A DNA stretch of 63,640 nt, filler included, from 13 parts of 13 records of this genome joined end to end with filler, not necessarily neighbours in it, one strand, 5' to 3'. Shown: positions 21,495-35,873, counted from the first letter of the whole stretch. Translations and numbers: made by a program. Notes: generated by a model from the letters alone, not told the origin.

Positions 21495-23744
21495 ATGGGC
21501 AAGGAGGGCGAGACGGTCAAGTCGGTGCCGCGGCCGTTCGCCACGATCGAATGGACGCACCACGAGCAGCCCGACCGGACGGCCTCGCCGACTGGGGTGC
21601 TATTCAAAGGCGCCCAGCGGCCCAAGTGGCGGCCGCCAGCGGCGGAGGGGGCCGCCAGCCCTGCGGATAGCAAGGAGGGCCAGAAGCAGAAGCTCAAGCT
21701 GCTGCAGGAGTCGCTCTTCGCCACCGGGCAGAAGACCAAGTCCACCGAGAAGACCGTGCCGTTGGCCATCCACGACGCGCTGAAGCGAGAGAAAGACCAG
21801 TTAGCCATGCAGCTCAAGGCGCTGGCAGAGAAGCACGAGGGCTCCAAGAAGCGGATCGCCGCGCTCGAGCAAGACCTGTTCACGGCCCAGGAGCTCACCA
21901 CCAAGTGCGCCGGCCGGGCCGGTCGGGCTGACCCTGTGCAGGTATGAGGGGATGTATGTGGTGCCGCTCAACGACGACCTTCACGCGCTGTCGGAGTCCA
22001 TCGCCGAGATCGACCGAGGTGGGCGGCTAGCTGGCCAGTGGGGTGAGCCCGGGCTGCAGAGATTAAGAAGTATGGGACGGCTATTGTGGAGAAAGATGAG
22101 AACCTGCCAGCCAAGAAGATCCCGCTGCCAGACTCGGAGGCGGGCAAGGCACAAGTGCTGCTCGAGACAAAGGTGCAGCGGATGGAGCAACTAGTGTACA
22201 CGCTCAAGAAGCGGGTGAACAAGTATGAGAATTGCGTGGACGATCGGTCGGACACGGCCAAGTTTGACTCCAAGGAATACTTGCGGAAGGAGAATCTGAG
22301 GCTGAGCCAAGAGGTCAAGAGGCTGATGACGGCGGAAAAGCGGTTTGACACCGAGTCTCTGCTGGACAACCGGATGCTGAGCACATATGACCCGATGCTA
22401 TTTGACGTGCTGATCACGGCGCTGCAAGACGACCTGAGGACACACAAGAAGCTGCTGGATAAGTACAGCTTTGAGAAGAACCCGGAACTGCAGTACATTG
22501 TGGCCTCACCGGCCCCGCTGGAAGAGATCCAGGGCCTACCACATCTGCTCGAGGAGTGGGGCTGCGACGATGAGCTGATGGCGAGCGAGCCCGGCCCAGC
22601 GGAGGACGTGGACACGCTCAAGCATCAGAACCAGATAATGAAGGAACAGATGGATAAGATAATGGGCGACTACGATCAACTGGCCCAGCAGCTCGAGATG
22701 GAGCGGGAGAGCAGCGGGGTGGAGGGTCGACGGCTGACCGGGAAGGCACGGAAGATAGAGCTGTTGATGGAGAGCAACAAGGAGAATTTGAAGCGGATCA
22801 GCGAGGCCAACATGCAGGTCCGTAAGAAGGAAGAGATCATTGCGATGCAGGAGGAGCTGACCAAGAAGTACATCCGGGACAAGGAGGCCTTGCTCGATGA
22901 CACGATGGCGCTCAACAGGGAGGTCGGTAAGCAGCGAGCTCGGAACAAGGAGCTGCGGAGCGCGGTCGAAGCACTGCACAGCCACCTGCGAATTGAGGAG
23001 CGGAAGTACACTGGGGTGCACACGCTGTGCATGTCGATGATCCACGCCTTCTGCCTGCGGTCGGGAGTAAAGACCAAGCTCCCAGTGAACGACTCTTGCA
23101 CTCTCCGGAGCACTGTGCCTGCCAACTTTATGGAGCTCTGGAGCACGATGTCACAGGCGATCATTGTGATCCAGGCGGCCTCCCGGGGCACACTCGGCCG
23201 GATTAAGCTGGTCGAGCGGTTCGGTCGGGATAAGGTCCGGTCGTGGGCGGAGCGGCAGGACCTTGACAACAAGACGCTCACCCCGAGCCACTCGCGCACA
23301 GTCGAGATGTATGAACAGATGGGACTCACGCAGGTGCAAGCCAAGAAGGCGGTGGCTACCAACGAACGGGAGGGGCCGGCCCGGACGGCGTTCCAGATGC
23401 CACCGCTGCTTGAGCGGTTCCCAGCCACTTTGGCGCTGGCAGAGCTGATCAAGTTCTCGCCAAAGGATCAGTACAACTGGGTGGAGCTGCCGGAGGTATT
23501 TAAGATCGTCAAGGCCGAGATCTGCTCGGTGCTGCGCAGGGAGACTGAGGCTGAGATGGCCACCATGAAGGAGGAGATCGTCCGATTGGGCTGCAACATG
23601 CTGCGGCAAGTGACGGTCAAGACGATGGAGAAGAGGCCGCAGGCGGTGCAGGTTGGCGCACCGTTGAGCAACCTGGCAGAGTTTGAGATGCAAACCGATG
23701 AGGAGCCACCGGTGCCCGAGGCCGACGGCAAGAAGAAGAAGTAG
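21495..23744 (+). CDS. Coiled-coil protein with an IQ motif (possibly ciliary), 3 exons
   Basis: Long heptad-rich region and IIVIQAASRGTLGR (IQ). Introns 21905-21941 and 22019-22059 join the frames. Confidence 0.75.
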
Positions 23745-24071
23745 AGCACCGTATCTTGATAGTACCAACTTGACTTGGCCCTCTATGATTGACTTGATGG
23801 TCTGTTGAATTGGCGCAATTTGCCACCTTGTAGTTACGAGTACGTACTAACTAGATGATCATGATTGCGACTCGGGTTATCTCATTCTTATCGGCGTAAG
23901 CGCACTAAAGCATTTAGCGATCCTGGTCCCCACTATAGGTCCCCATCCGATCCATGACCCATCAGTAGACCTCATGATCAGCACGGTTGCAGGTGACCGT
24001 CAAGCACCGACGACCTCTCGGCCAGAAACCGGGCTCGGGCAATGGTGGCCAGTAACTAACTGCGCGTTGCG

Positions 24072-25286
24072 ATGGCTCGAGTGGTGCAGTTGAGCATCCC
24101 GCTGGAGGCGCTGGCGGACGTGCATGAGGTCCTCAGCAACAGCAGCGTCATCGATAGCTACGAGGTGACCAAGAGCACCCGGATGAGCGCCCGCCAGCTG
24201 GGCCAGTGCGAGGAGCGCGCCCGAATCAGTTTCAAGCTGCGCAACCTGAACCTGGCTCAGACGATCAAAGAGCTGAAAGAGGTCGGGGTGGGCGAGCTTT
24301 ACGGCCAGATCGACGTGCTGCCGCTCGCGTGCACCACCCAGGCCCTAGCGCAGGACCAGCACCGGCTGCACTCGATGCTCTCCCTGTGTCCGAGCTTTCT
24401 AAACCGATACTCCACCCTGGAGATACACCACGGGATTGTGGACGCTAGCCACATGGGCTTCGACCACGTCTGCCTGATCGTGTGCGCTTCATTCATCGCG
24501 GCGGTGGGCCTTTTGTGCGACCAAATAGTGGCGATCCTGGCCAGTTTCTTCATATCGCCGCTGATGCAGATGATCATAGCCACCACCTGGGGGCTAGTGA
24601 TTGGCGACCGCCGGCTCGTCTGGCGCGGGCTCAAAAACATGGCGGTCGGGGCGAGCCTGTGCGTGCTGACTGGAGCGGCGATCGGGGCTGTGCTCTGTGC
24701 GCATCCGGATTACAGGCACGACTTTGACAGGATGTACCACGGCGAAGGGGTGTACTACGCCATCTCGATCAACTCGGTCCAGATCACATCCCGCGGCCCG
24801 CCGGCCGTTCCCAACCTGCTCTCGAGCCTGATTGTGGCCATCTTCTCAGGGGTCGCAATCGCGCTCGGTTTCGCCAGCGGGATTAGCAGCGCGCTTAGCG
24901 GAGTGGCGCTGTCGGCCTCCTTGCTGCCGCCGGTGGTCAACTGTGGACTGATGCTTGTGATGGGGTTTATCTACCCGGACATGCGCTGCGGGCCGGTCAA
25001 GCCCAACGACCAGTTCACGCTGCACCAAGTGATGTGGGTGAGCATCTCGCTGTATGCTGTCAACGTTGCTTGTGTGATCGTCTTCGCGTACATCACCTTC
25101 AAGCTCAAGCGCATCGGCGGCAAGAGCCTCCGTGACCAAGCTGGCGCCCGGTGCCGTGCTTCGTTGAATGACAGCGGCTACATCTCCTTCTCCACTGCCA
25201 AGGCGCGCACGCCTCTGCTAACACCGTCCGCCGTGGCCGAGCCCCGAATGAGCGACCCCGAGCTAGGCCAGGTCAATTTAGGCTGA
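24072..25286 (+). CDS. DUF389-family multi-pass membrane protein
   Basis: 404 aa with ASFIAAVGL, ASFFISPLM and GVALSASLLPPVVNCG motifs typical of DUF389. Confidence 0.85.
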   Translation: MARVVQLSIPLEALADVHEVLSNSSVIDSYEVTKSTRMSARQLGQCEERARISFKLRNLNLAQTIKELKEVGVGELYGQIDVLPLACTTQALAQDQHRLHSMLSLCPSFLNRYSTLEIHHGIVDASHMGFDHVCLIVCASFIAAVGLLCDQIVAILASFFISPLMQMIIATTWGLVIGDRRLVWRGLKNMAVGASLCVLTGAAIGAVLCAHPDYRHDFDRMYHGEGVYYAISINSVQITSRGPPAVPNLLSSLIVAIFSGVAIALGFASGISSALSGVALSASLLPPVVNCGLMLVMGFIYPDMRCGPVKPNDQFTLHQVMWVSISLYAVNVACVIVFAYITFKLKRIGGKSLRDQAGARCRASLNDSGYISFSTAKARTPLLTPSAVAEPRMSDPELGQVNLG

Positions 25287-26116
25287 TAGCGGGCGTTTGA
25301 AATGTGCGGGCTAGGCGTTGGTCCAGCAGCTCAAGGATGAGGTTGGGCCAAGCGCTATACCGATAGGAGATAATGCCGAGCAAGAGCCAATCTCAAACAC
25401 TTGGCCACGGCCCAACATGACCGTGGATGTCGAACAAACTAACACGGCTTGCTCCGCTATTGACAAATTGAGATGATTCGTCCCTTTCAGTCGACGAATA
25501 ATGCCACTTAAGGAGGCATGGCTCTGATCAACAGCGGTAGAAGATGCTTCTAAGATCTTCTAACGTTATGCAGTGTGATCGAACGGCAGTGCTTCCGGAT
25601 CCGCGTATTGTACTAAAAACGTAAAATCAAATTCAAGTGAATTTACATAGTTAAATATTGATCAATGCTATCGATTTCAAACTCCTTTCCTGTTGACCAC
25701 TTGCTTGTTGGCACCTGCAACTAATCGGTGTAATCAGTTACCTGTTCAGTTGCACTAATGACTTGTATCAACAAGAGCAACCTGTTGCACAAGCTCACTA
25801 GGTGCAATTGAACGCCTAGCTCTCCCCCGAGCTAGCTCCTGATCCTCCTATTTTGTTAATCAAGTCGACAATTGCACTTCCTTCAGGAACTAATGGCACA
25901 TGTAGTTTCGGCGGGTTTGTACACGTATTAGTTGCCATCCGGTCCTTAACTGCAGATGCATAGAGCGTCTGCAATTGTGTTATTGTCGCTTGAAGCGACT
26001 GCAAATTGAGCCCAAGNNNNNNNNNNNNNNNNNNNNNNNNNNNNNNNNNNNNNNNNNNNNTTAATTAATTAANNNNNNNNNNNNNNNNNNNNNNNNNNNN
26101 NNNNNNNNNNNNNNNN

Positions 26117-29100
26117 TGCAAAAGCTCACCAGCGCGTCACGCGCTTGCTTTCACAGGCGGCCAAGGAAAAAGCCTGCGCTGCACTGTACAAATGGCGCAG
26201 GTGGAGTGAAGATGAGAGCATCTGTGCGCCAAACCTGGCAATGGCAAGTTGGTTTGCTAGGCAGGCGCTCGTAAAACGAGCACTGAGTGACTGGCGCCAA
26301 GTGGCAGCACAGACTGTGATGGACGCTTGGCTGTACCAGCAATATGTCAAAACCTTCCTCAGATACTGGTCAGTGTGGCTGGTGAAAAGCCTGCAGTCGG
26401 CGCGCATTATGAAACAGGCTGAGTGGCATTGGGAGCAAGCAGCGTACGCATCTGGACTCTCGAGCTGGCGGAGGTGGATTACATTGGTGTATCGACAAGC
26501 ACTGTCGAGGCAGGACGCTATCCTTTCACATCTCTTGATTGGGCTGGATTGGCTCCGCTTGAACTCCGCCATAGCTCAGCGCGAAAGAATCGCCATGGCT
26601 CGCGCCCAATCCGAGTGGCAGCACAAAAACTCGCAAACTCTAATGCTTGGCCTGGTCTACACTTGGGAACGCGAGAAGGCCGATTTCCTGATAACCCGGA
26701 AGGCTAGAATGCACTGGCTGTTGTGCAGCGCTCACGATGCGATCTCTGCACTGGCTCAAAACGCACATGACGGCCTTAAAGCGCAGTACCAGCAGGCGGA
26801 GGCCAAGTGCTCGTGGGTGTATCAGTATTTCGACACGTGGAGGTTCTTAGTCACAGAACGGCTCTATCAGGAGCGCCTGGTACAACCTGTGGTCGAGAAC
26901 CGGCTGGCGCTCCAGTTTCAAGCTGCGCTAGTGCTGTGGCATCAAGTATGCATCAACGAAGTGCGGCTTCGGCACAATGCAGTACTAGCCCAGAGATGTT
27001 GGCGAGACATCATAGGCACCCCTCGGGCGTGGAAGCAGTGGCACACATACGCCCAGGACAGGGCGGTCCGAACTCTAAGCTACTTGATGGGACTGGACCG
27101 GTGGCAGCACTTCATGACAGGCTCAGCGTTTTTCAGCTGGCTTCGTTTGGTCCAACACATGAAGCTGCATGCGTTCTCTTTTATTCGACATTGGCGATGG
27201 CTAGCAACCTCATCGCTCTCAAAGTGGCGGCAGTATGCTGCGTCGAATCAAGAGCAGTTCGGGCTTCGGTTGCTGGCCAAAGACCACTGGAGTGTGCTGG
27301 AAGCGATGCGAGCTTTGATCCGGTGGGAACTGTACGGTACAGCCAGTCAATACACAGACACCCGCCATTCAAAGGCAATTCAACACTGGAATCTCACTGA
27401 GCGCAGGTCAGCGATTGCGAGATGGAAGCCACAAGCAATTGAGGACGGCATAGCAACTCTTGCAATGGCCACGGGTCGCAAACAATCCCGATCCCGGATG
27501 CTGCGTGATGGAATCAGGTCCTGGCACGAAATCGCTCTCCACCAACGCCGAACGTGGACAGCTCACAGGTTTTGGCGGCTATCGTCAGGAATGGTGGCAT
27601 GGTATCGTTATCACGACGGCACAACGCACGCTCGAGCGGTTGCTGGTGTTGCATGCAAAATGTGGCAACACAGTCAGTTGAGGGATGGGTTGGCAAGGAT
27701 GTACGTTCAAGCCAGAGCTGAGCGGCTCTGGAAAAAGCTCTTTAGAACAGCTACAGGACATTTTAGAGACGCCCAACGAATAGCAGCATTGGACGACTGG
27801 ATATCAGCTACTGAGCAGCTGCAGATGCGTCAAATGGCGAAGCATTTGTTCAGAGGATCGAGTCTGCGAATGGCTTTCAAGCACATGCGGTGGTGCTGGT
27901 CTGAGACTCAGGAAGACGATTCTATTCTTGACCTCTCTGTGCAGTCATGGCAAGCAACGTGCAGGCATCGTCATCTGCTACAATGGCACAGCGTGTATAC
28001 CGCTGCTGTGAGGACTCAGGTTGGCGTACGAATCGCTCTGAGAGCTTGGGCACACGTCAAGTGCACAGCTTTGTATCACAAGTGGCGGCAGGTGGCAGTG
28101 CAGATGAAGTGGCTGATGTTGGCCGGCCTTGAGCGCTGGATGCAGCTGTGTGCAGTGGAAAGGTCGTGCAAGGTCGGGGCACTTCATTGGTGGGAGCGGA
28201 GGGCTGCGAGAGTCCTGGCAACACTTCATTACAGAATACGCAATGTACGAGCACACGCCCGGCTCCGCCAGTATCTTCGTCAGAACATTATTCAGTTCAA
28301 GTATTGGCGTGGCTGGAGGAGCCTGGGGAATGCTCAGGAGCGACGGAGGCTCCAGAAGGACCTGCGCAGTGCTGCATCAGAGCACTGGAACGTCCTTGCC
28401 CTTGACAGGGCGTTCGCAACGGTCTGTGATAGCTGTGACGCGGAACAGGTGCAGAGCAAGCTCCTAGGGAAGGCATTGCAACACCGCAAGAACACTGCAA
28501 GGAAGCGCGCACTCGCTGCCCTGCTCGCTTCGGCAAGAGTGGACGGGCGCCATATGGATGCATTGCGGCTGGGTTTGTTTCACAGCAACGCTGCTCGGGT
28601 GAAGAAAGGTATGCAGCACTGGCATCAGGTTTCTGTTGCCAAGTATGTCGCCATGTCAAAGCTGGAGCGCGGGGTCAAATTCCACGTAATATGCAACGCT
28701 TTCCAGATGCTTCGCCTCTGGAGGGATTCGGCAGCCCAGCACGCACTGAGGCTGCAGCGAGTGCACCAAAGCATTGCTCGGCTGTGCATTATCACCCTGC
28801 ACAGATGGCAGCTGCACACAGTGCTCTGCTGGCAAGTCGAGACTACGTGTGCCCAAGCCTGCGTGGCGTGGGCATCTTCTGCGCTCAAGTCCGGGTTGAG
28901 GAGTTGGGTCTCTGATCACAAGGAGGCCGAGCAAGCCAAACATGCGAGGCTGTTGGCGCTGCAACAGTGGCAGATGGCGACTGAATATCAGAGCCTCTGG
29001 CAGTGGAAGCGCTGGGCAGAATCCGACGCAGCACGAGAGGCTCAAATGAGGACAGCCTGCATCAGCTACGCAGCGCGCATGGCCACGTCGGCACTCCATT

Positions 29101-32100
29101 ACTGGCAGAATCTGGCGGCGCGCGCAGCGTCTCGACAGGCGTTTTATGGAGCAAAGCTTGCGTCTCTCTTCGCAAGGTGGAAGCGTCAAATGGACCAGAA
29201 GGTAGCAGACTTGGTGCTGTTGCTGCGGGCAAGGCAAGCATGGACAAACAGGCAGTGCTTGGTTACTCTGCATGGCTGGAAGGAGCGCACTGCATCGGAC
29301 AACTCTCATGTCAGCCGGTGGGTGCACTGGCAGTGGCTGCAAAAGGCTCGCTGGCTGCGGTACTGGAAAGCCTGGTTGCGGACTCAAGTTGTCTTGTGGC
29401 AGCGGCGCTATCAGGTAAAGCTCTGCGTGGATTTCTTGCAGATCTCCAGGGCGTTCAAAGCGTGGCGAATGGTCACGCACTTCGGCAGCAACGAGTCAGC
29501 GAGCTTCGCGCTCGCCTGGCAGCGTCGACATGCTGTTCGATCCACTGTTGCTGCGTGGCGGATCTGGCTCCGGAGCCGGCTTGAAGCTTCATTCGTGATG
29601 ACATCTGCAGCCAGTCACCGAATCGTCCATTTGACCCGACTGGCGTGGCGATCGTGGCAGGCAAGCACTCACTCCGCTCGGGTGTTCTTTACCTGTGCCT
29701 GGCACGCGGAGCGAGCTATGCTCAGGCGCGGGCTCGGTGCATGGCGCCAAGCTCAATCTACCCAACCAGGCCGCGCCTTGCTCAGCGCTCGTAAGGTATG
29801 CTGCTTCCTCAAGCTGCGAGCCTTCAGGCGGAAGCTGGCAGAGCAGAGGAGCGCAGCAGTCAGCCGGGGGAGAGCCTTGATTCATGTGGGCCGATCGGCC
29901 ATCAAAGCGTGGCAGGCTCAAGGGCGCAAGAGGTTGCAGGCCAGTCGGGTAGCTCAGATGGCTACAGATTACTCGAGCTACAACCGGCTCAAGTTCAGTT
30001 GGAGCTGGTGGCGGGATCATCTGGCGTTAGGGCTGTCCGACCGCAGTGCAGAGCTCAAGGCTAGAGTCTGGTCGGAGCACACGGCGGGTAGCGCGGCGCT
30101 GTACACGTGGCGGTGTTGGATCAGAGCCAGGCGCGGCCAAGGAGCCTTGAGTGCGAGGCTAGAACTCGAGAGGAGGAGGCAGCTCGGAGACTGGGCCAGG
30201 CGCTCCGCCCGAGATGTGCTCGTCACGCTTAAAGGTCTGGTGGTGGATAGGCATTCGTTCCTCACTTCGAAAGTGCTGTGGCGCGAGACTCAGCAGCACC
30301 GCGCGCTCCACCACTGGCACCGCACGCTGAGCGAGCGCGCACTGGATACGGGCAGACTAGAGCGTGCTGCAAGCCTGTGGCGCCTAACAAGACTGGCACG
30401 TGGCTGGAGCTGGCTGCGTGGGTACCAGCAGCAGTGCAAGGAGGAGCTGTACGTGTTCAAGCAGTTCAGGAACATATGGAGGGCGAGGTGTGTGCTCGGG
30501 GCTCTGCGAGTGTGGAGAGAGCAGGCTGACGAGCTCCAAGTCAGGGCGCTGACCTCGGCAGTTGCAAGCAAGCGCATGAGGCGCAGGCTGGTACACAAAG
30601 CATGGCACCGCCTGCAAGCCCACACGGAAGAACTCGCGCTCCGCACACGCAATCTTTCTCGACACGCTCGCCAATGGCGGACAGCGGAACTGACCTCTGC
30701 TCTCAAGATCTTACGCTGCGAGGCAGAGAATGCGCAAAAGATCCTGTATGAAGAGGCTAAGAACAGGCAACTATCAACTGCAGCGCAAGATGTGCTGGAC
30801 GTGTGCCGGGTCTGGTTTCGGCACTGGCGCGGCCACGTGTCCCGCAAGCTGGGCGAGATCAGGAGCCGCATCGCGTCCGAATTCAAGTCACAGCTGAGTG
30901 CTCTCCACAAGCTGCAGCAGCAAGCTCACGATGTGCACACGGGTCAGTTTTCGGGCTTGATCGCCCGGTCTTACGTCCTTGCTTGCGGGCTGCACGTCTG
31001 GAGATTCTACCTTCGGAATCAGCTCTACCAGTTGAGCAGGCTGGTACCCGCATTCGATAAGTTCAAGGCTGGATTGATCAGGGCTGGATTTGCTCAACTT
31101 GGGCTGCACGCCGCTCAGAAACTCGCTGCAAAGGCTAGGCTCGTCAAAGCAAGAGCGCGTTGCAGGCTGCACATGTTAGGCGTGGCCTGGGCGCAATTAC
31201 GCAGCCATTCACGCGTTTGGCACGCAGTGTTCGAGAATGCAGCCAAGTTGCGGATATCTTCATTCGCGAGGGCGTTCCTGGATTGGAAGAGGGCTGCTTC
31301 GAGGTTGAAATACGCGAGTGTGCAGTTGGCCGCTGCAGACACATTCTGGACGATTCATAACGGCAGGTCTGCTCTTGATCTGTGGAATCAGAGCTGCCAG
31401 CAAGTATCGGAGGACATCCGCAGGGAGAGGTTTTACGCAATGCTTCACGACAAGCGTGCGCTCAGGCCCGTGTGGAGCCACTGGCGCCGGGTCAGCGGAT
31501 TGGCAAAGCGCGAGGCCCAGGGTGGCGCCTGGGGGACAGAGCACTATTGCGTTTGGCAGAAGAAGCATTACTGGCGGAAGTGGCACACATGGTCGCTTGA
31601 GCATTGCCACATTGGCTGCTGCATCCTGCTGGCACGGCAGCACTGGCAGACATGGATGCTCCGGTCAGCGGTGGCTTTGTGGCGGCAGCAGACTGTAAGT
31701 CAAAGCCACGCAGACAGCGCTAACGCGGCCTCGAGGGATCTGCTGAGAGGATTGAGACATTGGCGGGTGCACGCTGCAGTGCTCTCAGACCAGCAGAACA
31801 AGGCGCACACTGCGCTCGAGTACTTCAACCCGCACCTCGAGACGCTTGCTGCGCGGCTCTGGCGACACCAAGCCGAGCAGGCACGGGCGGGCGCGGGCTG
31901 TGTATTGCAAGCTGTGGAGGCATACCGAAGGCGGCTGCAGACAGGTGCCTTGCACACCCTGGCTGACAGCGCCTCGGTGCGTGTGGCGTCACGAGGCAGC
32001 CTGCAGCGAGCCTCAAGCCACGTGCGATCAGCCGCTGTTGCATACCTTCGTCGGTGGCATTCAGGCACGCTCCGCGCACAGGCGAGTGGATTTTCGGGCC

Positions 32101-35100
32101 ACCAAGCCGCTATATTCTGGCAAACCTACTGGCTGGCCCGGTGCATCCACAACCTGAGGCAGACTGCAGCCGTCTCGGCCTCTAAAGCTCAAGCAGTAGA
32201 CCAGTTCCAGCGGTTCTGGTGTCGGGAGGCGCTGCGGTGCTTTGCGAGGTACGCGTCCCGCGGCTCGCTGTTCTGCTCGAGGTTTGCAGCGATGCGCACT
32301 AGACTGCCCAATTTCAGCAACATGGAGGTGCGTGTGGACGGTCAGTTGGCGGAGCTCACTCCTCAGGCGAGGGACGAGTTGATCAGAGATCTGGCTCAGC
32401 AGATTGGGAGGCAGCTCGGGCAGATCCACGTCAGCTCGGTGCTCGCAGGCAGCATCATCCTCCGGCTCGAGGTCTCGGGCAAGTCGCTGCAGATGTCGCA
32501 GGCCCGCAGGCTGGTGGGGCGCACGCTCGGAGGATTCGTATGCCGGGCGGTTGTTGTTACTGCGCCAAGCCTTAGAGATATCACCGCTGCAATGGGTCGA
32601 CTGAGCTGCTGCTCGAGGGCCATCGGAATGCTGCAGGCGGCGCTGCTCCGATCGCGGCAGGCACGGAACCGTTTGGCTGCGGCACACGCGCAGATGGCAC
32701 ATCATCGCTGTCGTATGCATCTGAGTCGATGGCGGCAGAACGCCGCGCTGGTGTATGCGGAGTGCCAGCTGCTGCAGGAGGTAGGCGAGACCAGTCATCA
32801 GCTGCTCGTCGCTCAGTCGCTGCACGCGTGGCGAGAGACTGCTGTGCGCGCCACAGCGGCTTCTCGCCAAGCGAGCAGCCACTGGGCTGTGAGAGAAGGA
32901 GAATTAGTACGCCAGTCGTGGCTGGTGTGGCAGGGCAAGTGGAAGCGCTCAGCGGATCAGCTTTCCACGCTGTACGATGCAGTCGTCGCGCTGAACCGAC
33001 GAAAGCTAAGCTCAGGGCTGAGCTGCCTGCGGGCTCGTCCTGAAGAGGCGGCTAGGCAAGCGAGGCTTGCATCCCGCGCGTGTCGTTTCTTCTACTGCCT
33101 GCATGTGGCTCGGGCATTGCTAGTCTGGAGAGCCGCCGCAGAGCTGAATCGAGTAGAACAGAGGGACGCGCGCAAGGCCTGGATGAGCACTAGAAGCCGT
33201 GAGCTTGCTGGGGCATTCGGAGAGTGGCAGCTGTTCGTCACTCGCAATCTGATAGCCGGATACGGAATCCATCAATGGCACGCCAGGCAGCTCGCTCAAT
33301 CCTGGCTCCGGTGGCGTGAGTCCACCGGCGCAGCGGCCCGTGCCGCCGTCGCCGCACGCCGCGCGGTGGAGCACGTGGAGCGGACGGCGCTTTCGAGTGG
33401 GTTTTTGGCGCTCGTGGATGACAAGAGGGCTCAGGCGCGGGTGGAAAGCCTGAGGAGGGTGAGGCAGTCGGAGCGGGCCAGACTGCAAGCTGCCACGGGC
33501 TGGTGGCGGCTGGCGACCGGTGATCGGGTGCGAGCGGCCGGGGCGTCGTCGTGGGCGGCCAAGCACTTGGTGAGGGCTAGTCTGCAGGCGGCTGTGGCGC
33601 TCTGGCAGGGCAGGGCTAGATTGATGGGCCACCGAGCGAGCGTGTGGCGTCACGGCGCTGCACACGGCCACCGCAGCGCAATGAGCTCCGCTCTCGGCCT
33701 CTGGTATGCATCTCACCAGCGCGAGGCCGCGACAGCTCAGGCGGTCGAGAGGTGGCAGGCCAGGCGGCTTGGGGCCAAGCTATGGGCGGCGTGGGCCCAG
33801 TGGATTTCGATAGCCGGGAGTGCGGGCCGTGAGCGACTAGCGCGGCACAACTTGCTGCACTCGATGCTCGCTCGCGTCGTGGCCGGGATCCGGCTCTGGC
33901 AGCGGCACACCCGAGCCAGCTGCGACGCCACAGCCCGGGCAGTGCAGGCTGAGCGCACGATGGAGCTGTACAGACTGAGCTACAGCTGGGTGTTGCTCAC
34001 CGCGCACGCTGCTCGTGCGGCCGCGCAGGCACGTGCGGCCAACCAGCGGCACACCTCGCAAGCCGAGGCACAGCTGCGGCACAGCATCAGCCTGTGGCAA
34101 AGCAGGGCGAACGCCCGGTGCCAGGACGATTTGGTCGCCGGGCGGGCGCTGGCGCGGGCCAGTTACTACCGCCAGGCGATTGTGCTGGCTGGCTTGAGGG
34201 AGCACAGGATCCAGGCGCAGCTCGAGCTCATGTTGCTCAATAACGGCACACTCCGTTATCTGGCCGCGGCGCTGTCGATCGCCTGGCGGCGCTGGGTGCG
34301 GGTGTGCCGGCACTCACGGCCGGTGCTCGGTGGACGGGTCGAGTCGGTTGAGCTGAAGCTGCTCGGGCGGGCGTTTGGTAGGCTCAGACAGGATACGGAC
34401 AGCCAGGTCGCGGTAGTGGCGGCCTCGTTGCTCGCAGCGCCGCACTGGCGGCACAGCCGTCTGCGCTCGGGATGGCGAACCTGGCGGGTCTGGCGGCCGG
34501 GTGGGGCTCAGATTCCGTTGGGACTGCTCCCGCTGGCTAAGGCGTTTGTGACGTGGCGGACAGTGGCCGTGGGGTCAACGCAGAGGCTGATGGAGGAGGA
34601 GCTGGCGTTGCTCCATCGCCTCGGCCGGTGTTGGCAAATATGGCGGGAGCTCACGGATGCGTGGGCAGCCGAGCCGGTAAGCCCTGCCATGAATGCGGAG
34701 CGGGCGTCTGTGTACTACACGAGCCGGCAGCTGTGGCTGTGGCTGGATGGCTGGTCGCGCTGGCTGCACCGGCGCAGCATGGACGCGCTGCTGGGCGAGG
34801 AGAGGGCGGCAGCAGCGAGCGTGCACTGGGCTGAATCCAGCATGCGGCGTGCGCTCAATCTATGGAGAGACTGGTGTGCTGAAGCCGTTCGCGCGGAGAG
34901 TTTGCTCGGGCACGTGCTCTCGAGGGGCCGGTCAGAGCTATTGTCGTGGGGGTTTGAAGCGTGGCGCGACTGGACTCGATTGCTGGCTAGGCTCGGCACA
35001 GGCGGGCAAGAGGGAGCCGACTGGAGCCGGCCACGGGCGCTGACCCGTGCGGTGCTCGGCTGGCGTCGGGGGACGGCTCAGCGGCTCCAGCGGGGGATGG

Positions 35101-35873
35101 AGTGGGAGCTGGCGCGCTTGCATTACGCCGGGCGCTGCTGGAGGACTTGGTGCGATAACACAGATTACTCCGACGGACAGATCCTCATCCAGCAAGCGAT
35201 CATCTACCACACGAACAAAGGAGTGGCAGCCGTGCTCTTTGGGTGGCAGGCCGCCTGCCAGCAGCGCAGACGGCGCCGACGGGCGAGGGGCCGGCTGTGG
35301 CGAGGCTGGACGCTGCTCCGCCGGCACTCTGCCCGGCAGGCTGCTGCTGCCACAGCAAACGCCCGAGCGGTGCAGCACTACGGCAAGATGAGAACATCCG
35401 GGCCGCTGCTTCGGTGGCAGTGGCAGCACACAAGGGAGCTAGCCGTGGCGTTACTCCATCAGCGCCAGGAGATCAACCAGCTGCAGCTCGGATTCTCTCG
35501 GTACCGCTGCGCCGCGGCTGAGAAGGCATACGCCAACGCCCAGCTAGTCTACACCTCAGAGCGGCGATCCCAAGCACAGAAGCAGCGGGCACTGGGCCGG
35601 TGGAAGGGAATCAAACGGTCGGGCCGGCATGCAAGGAGACTGCAGCCGAAGCCGTCGAGCAGTCGGAGGGCGCTGGCCCCGAGGAACTCTCTGGCTGTGG
35701 AGGCGTGCGACGGTGGGAAGAAGCCGGTGGCGAGGGCTCTGGTGCAAGGCCGGTTTGAGCTGTGGAAGGAGGCGACAATGGATGCGGACACGGAACGGGT
35801 GTATACTGCAGTGCAGCACTGGCAAAGCGCTGAGTTGAGGCAAGCGCTTGGCTGGTGGCATCGGGAATCATAA
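26117..35873 (+). CDS. Giant Sfi1-like centrin-binding repeat protein (>3240 aa, 5'-truncated)
   Basis: Uninterrupted ORF with dozens of A-x3-W-x4-L-x3-(F/W/L)-x2-W(R/K) repeats that resemble the Sfi1 repeat. Confidence 0.75.
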
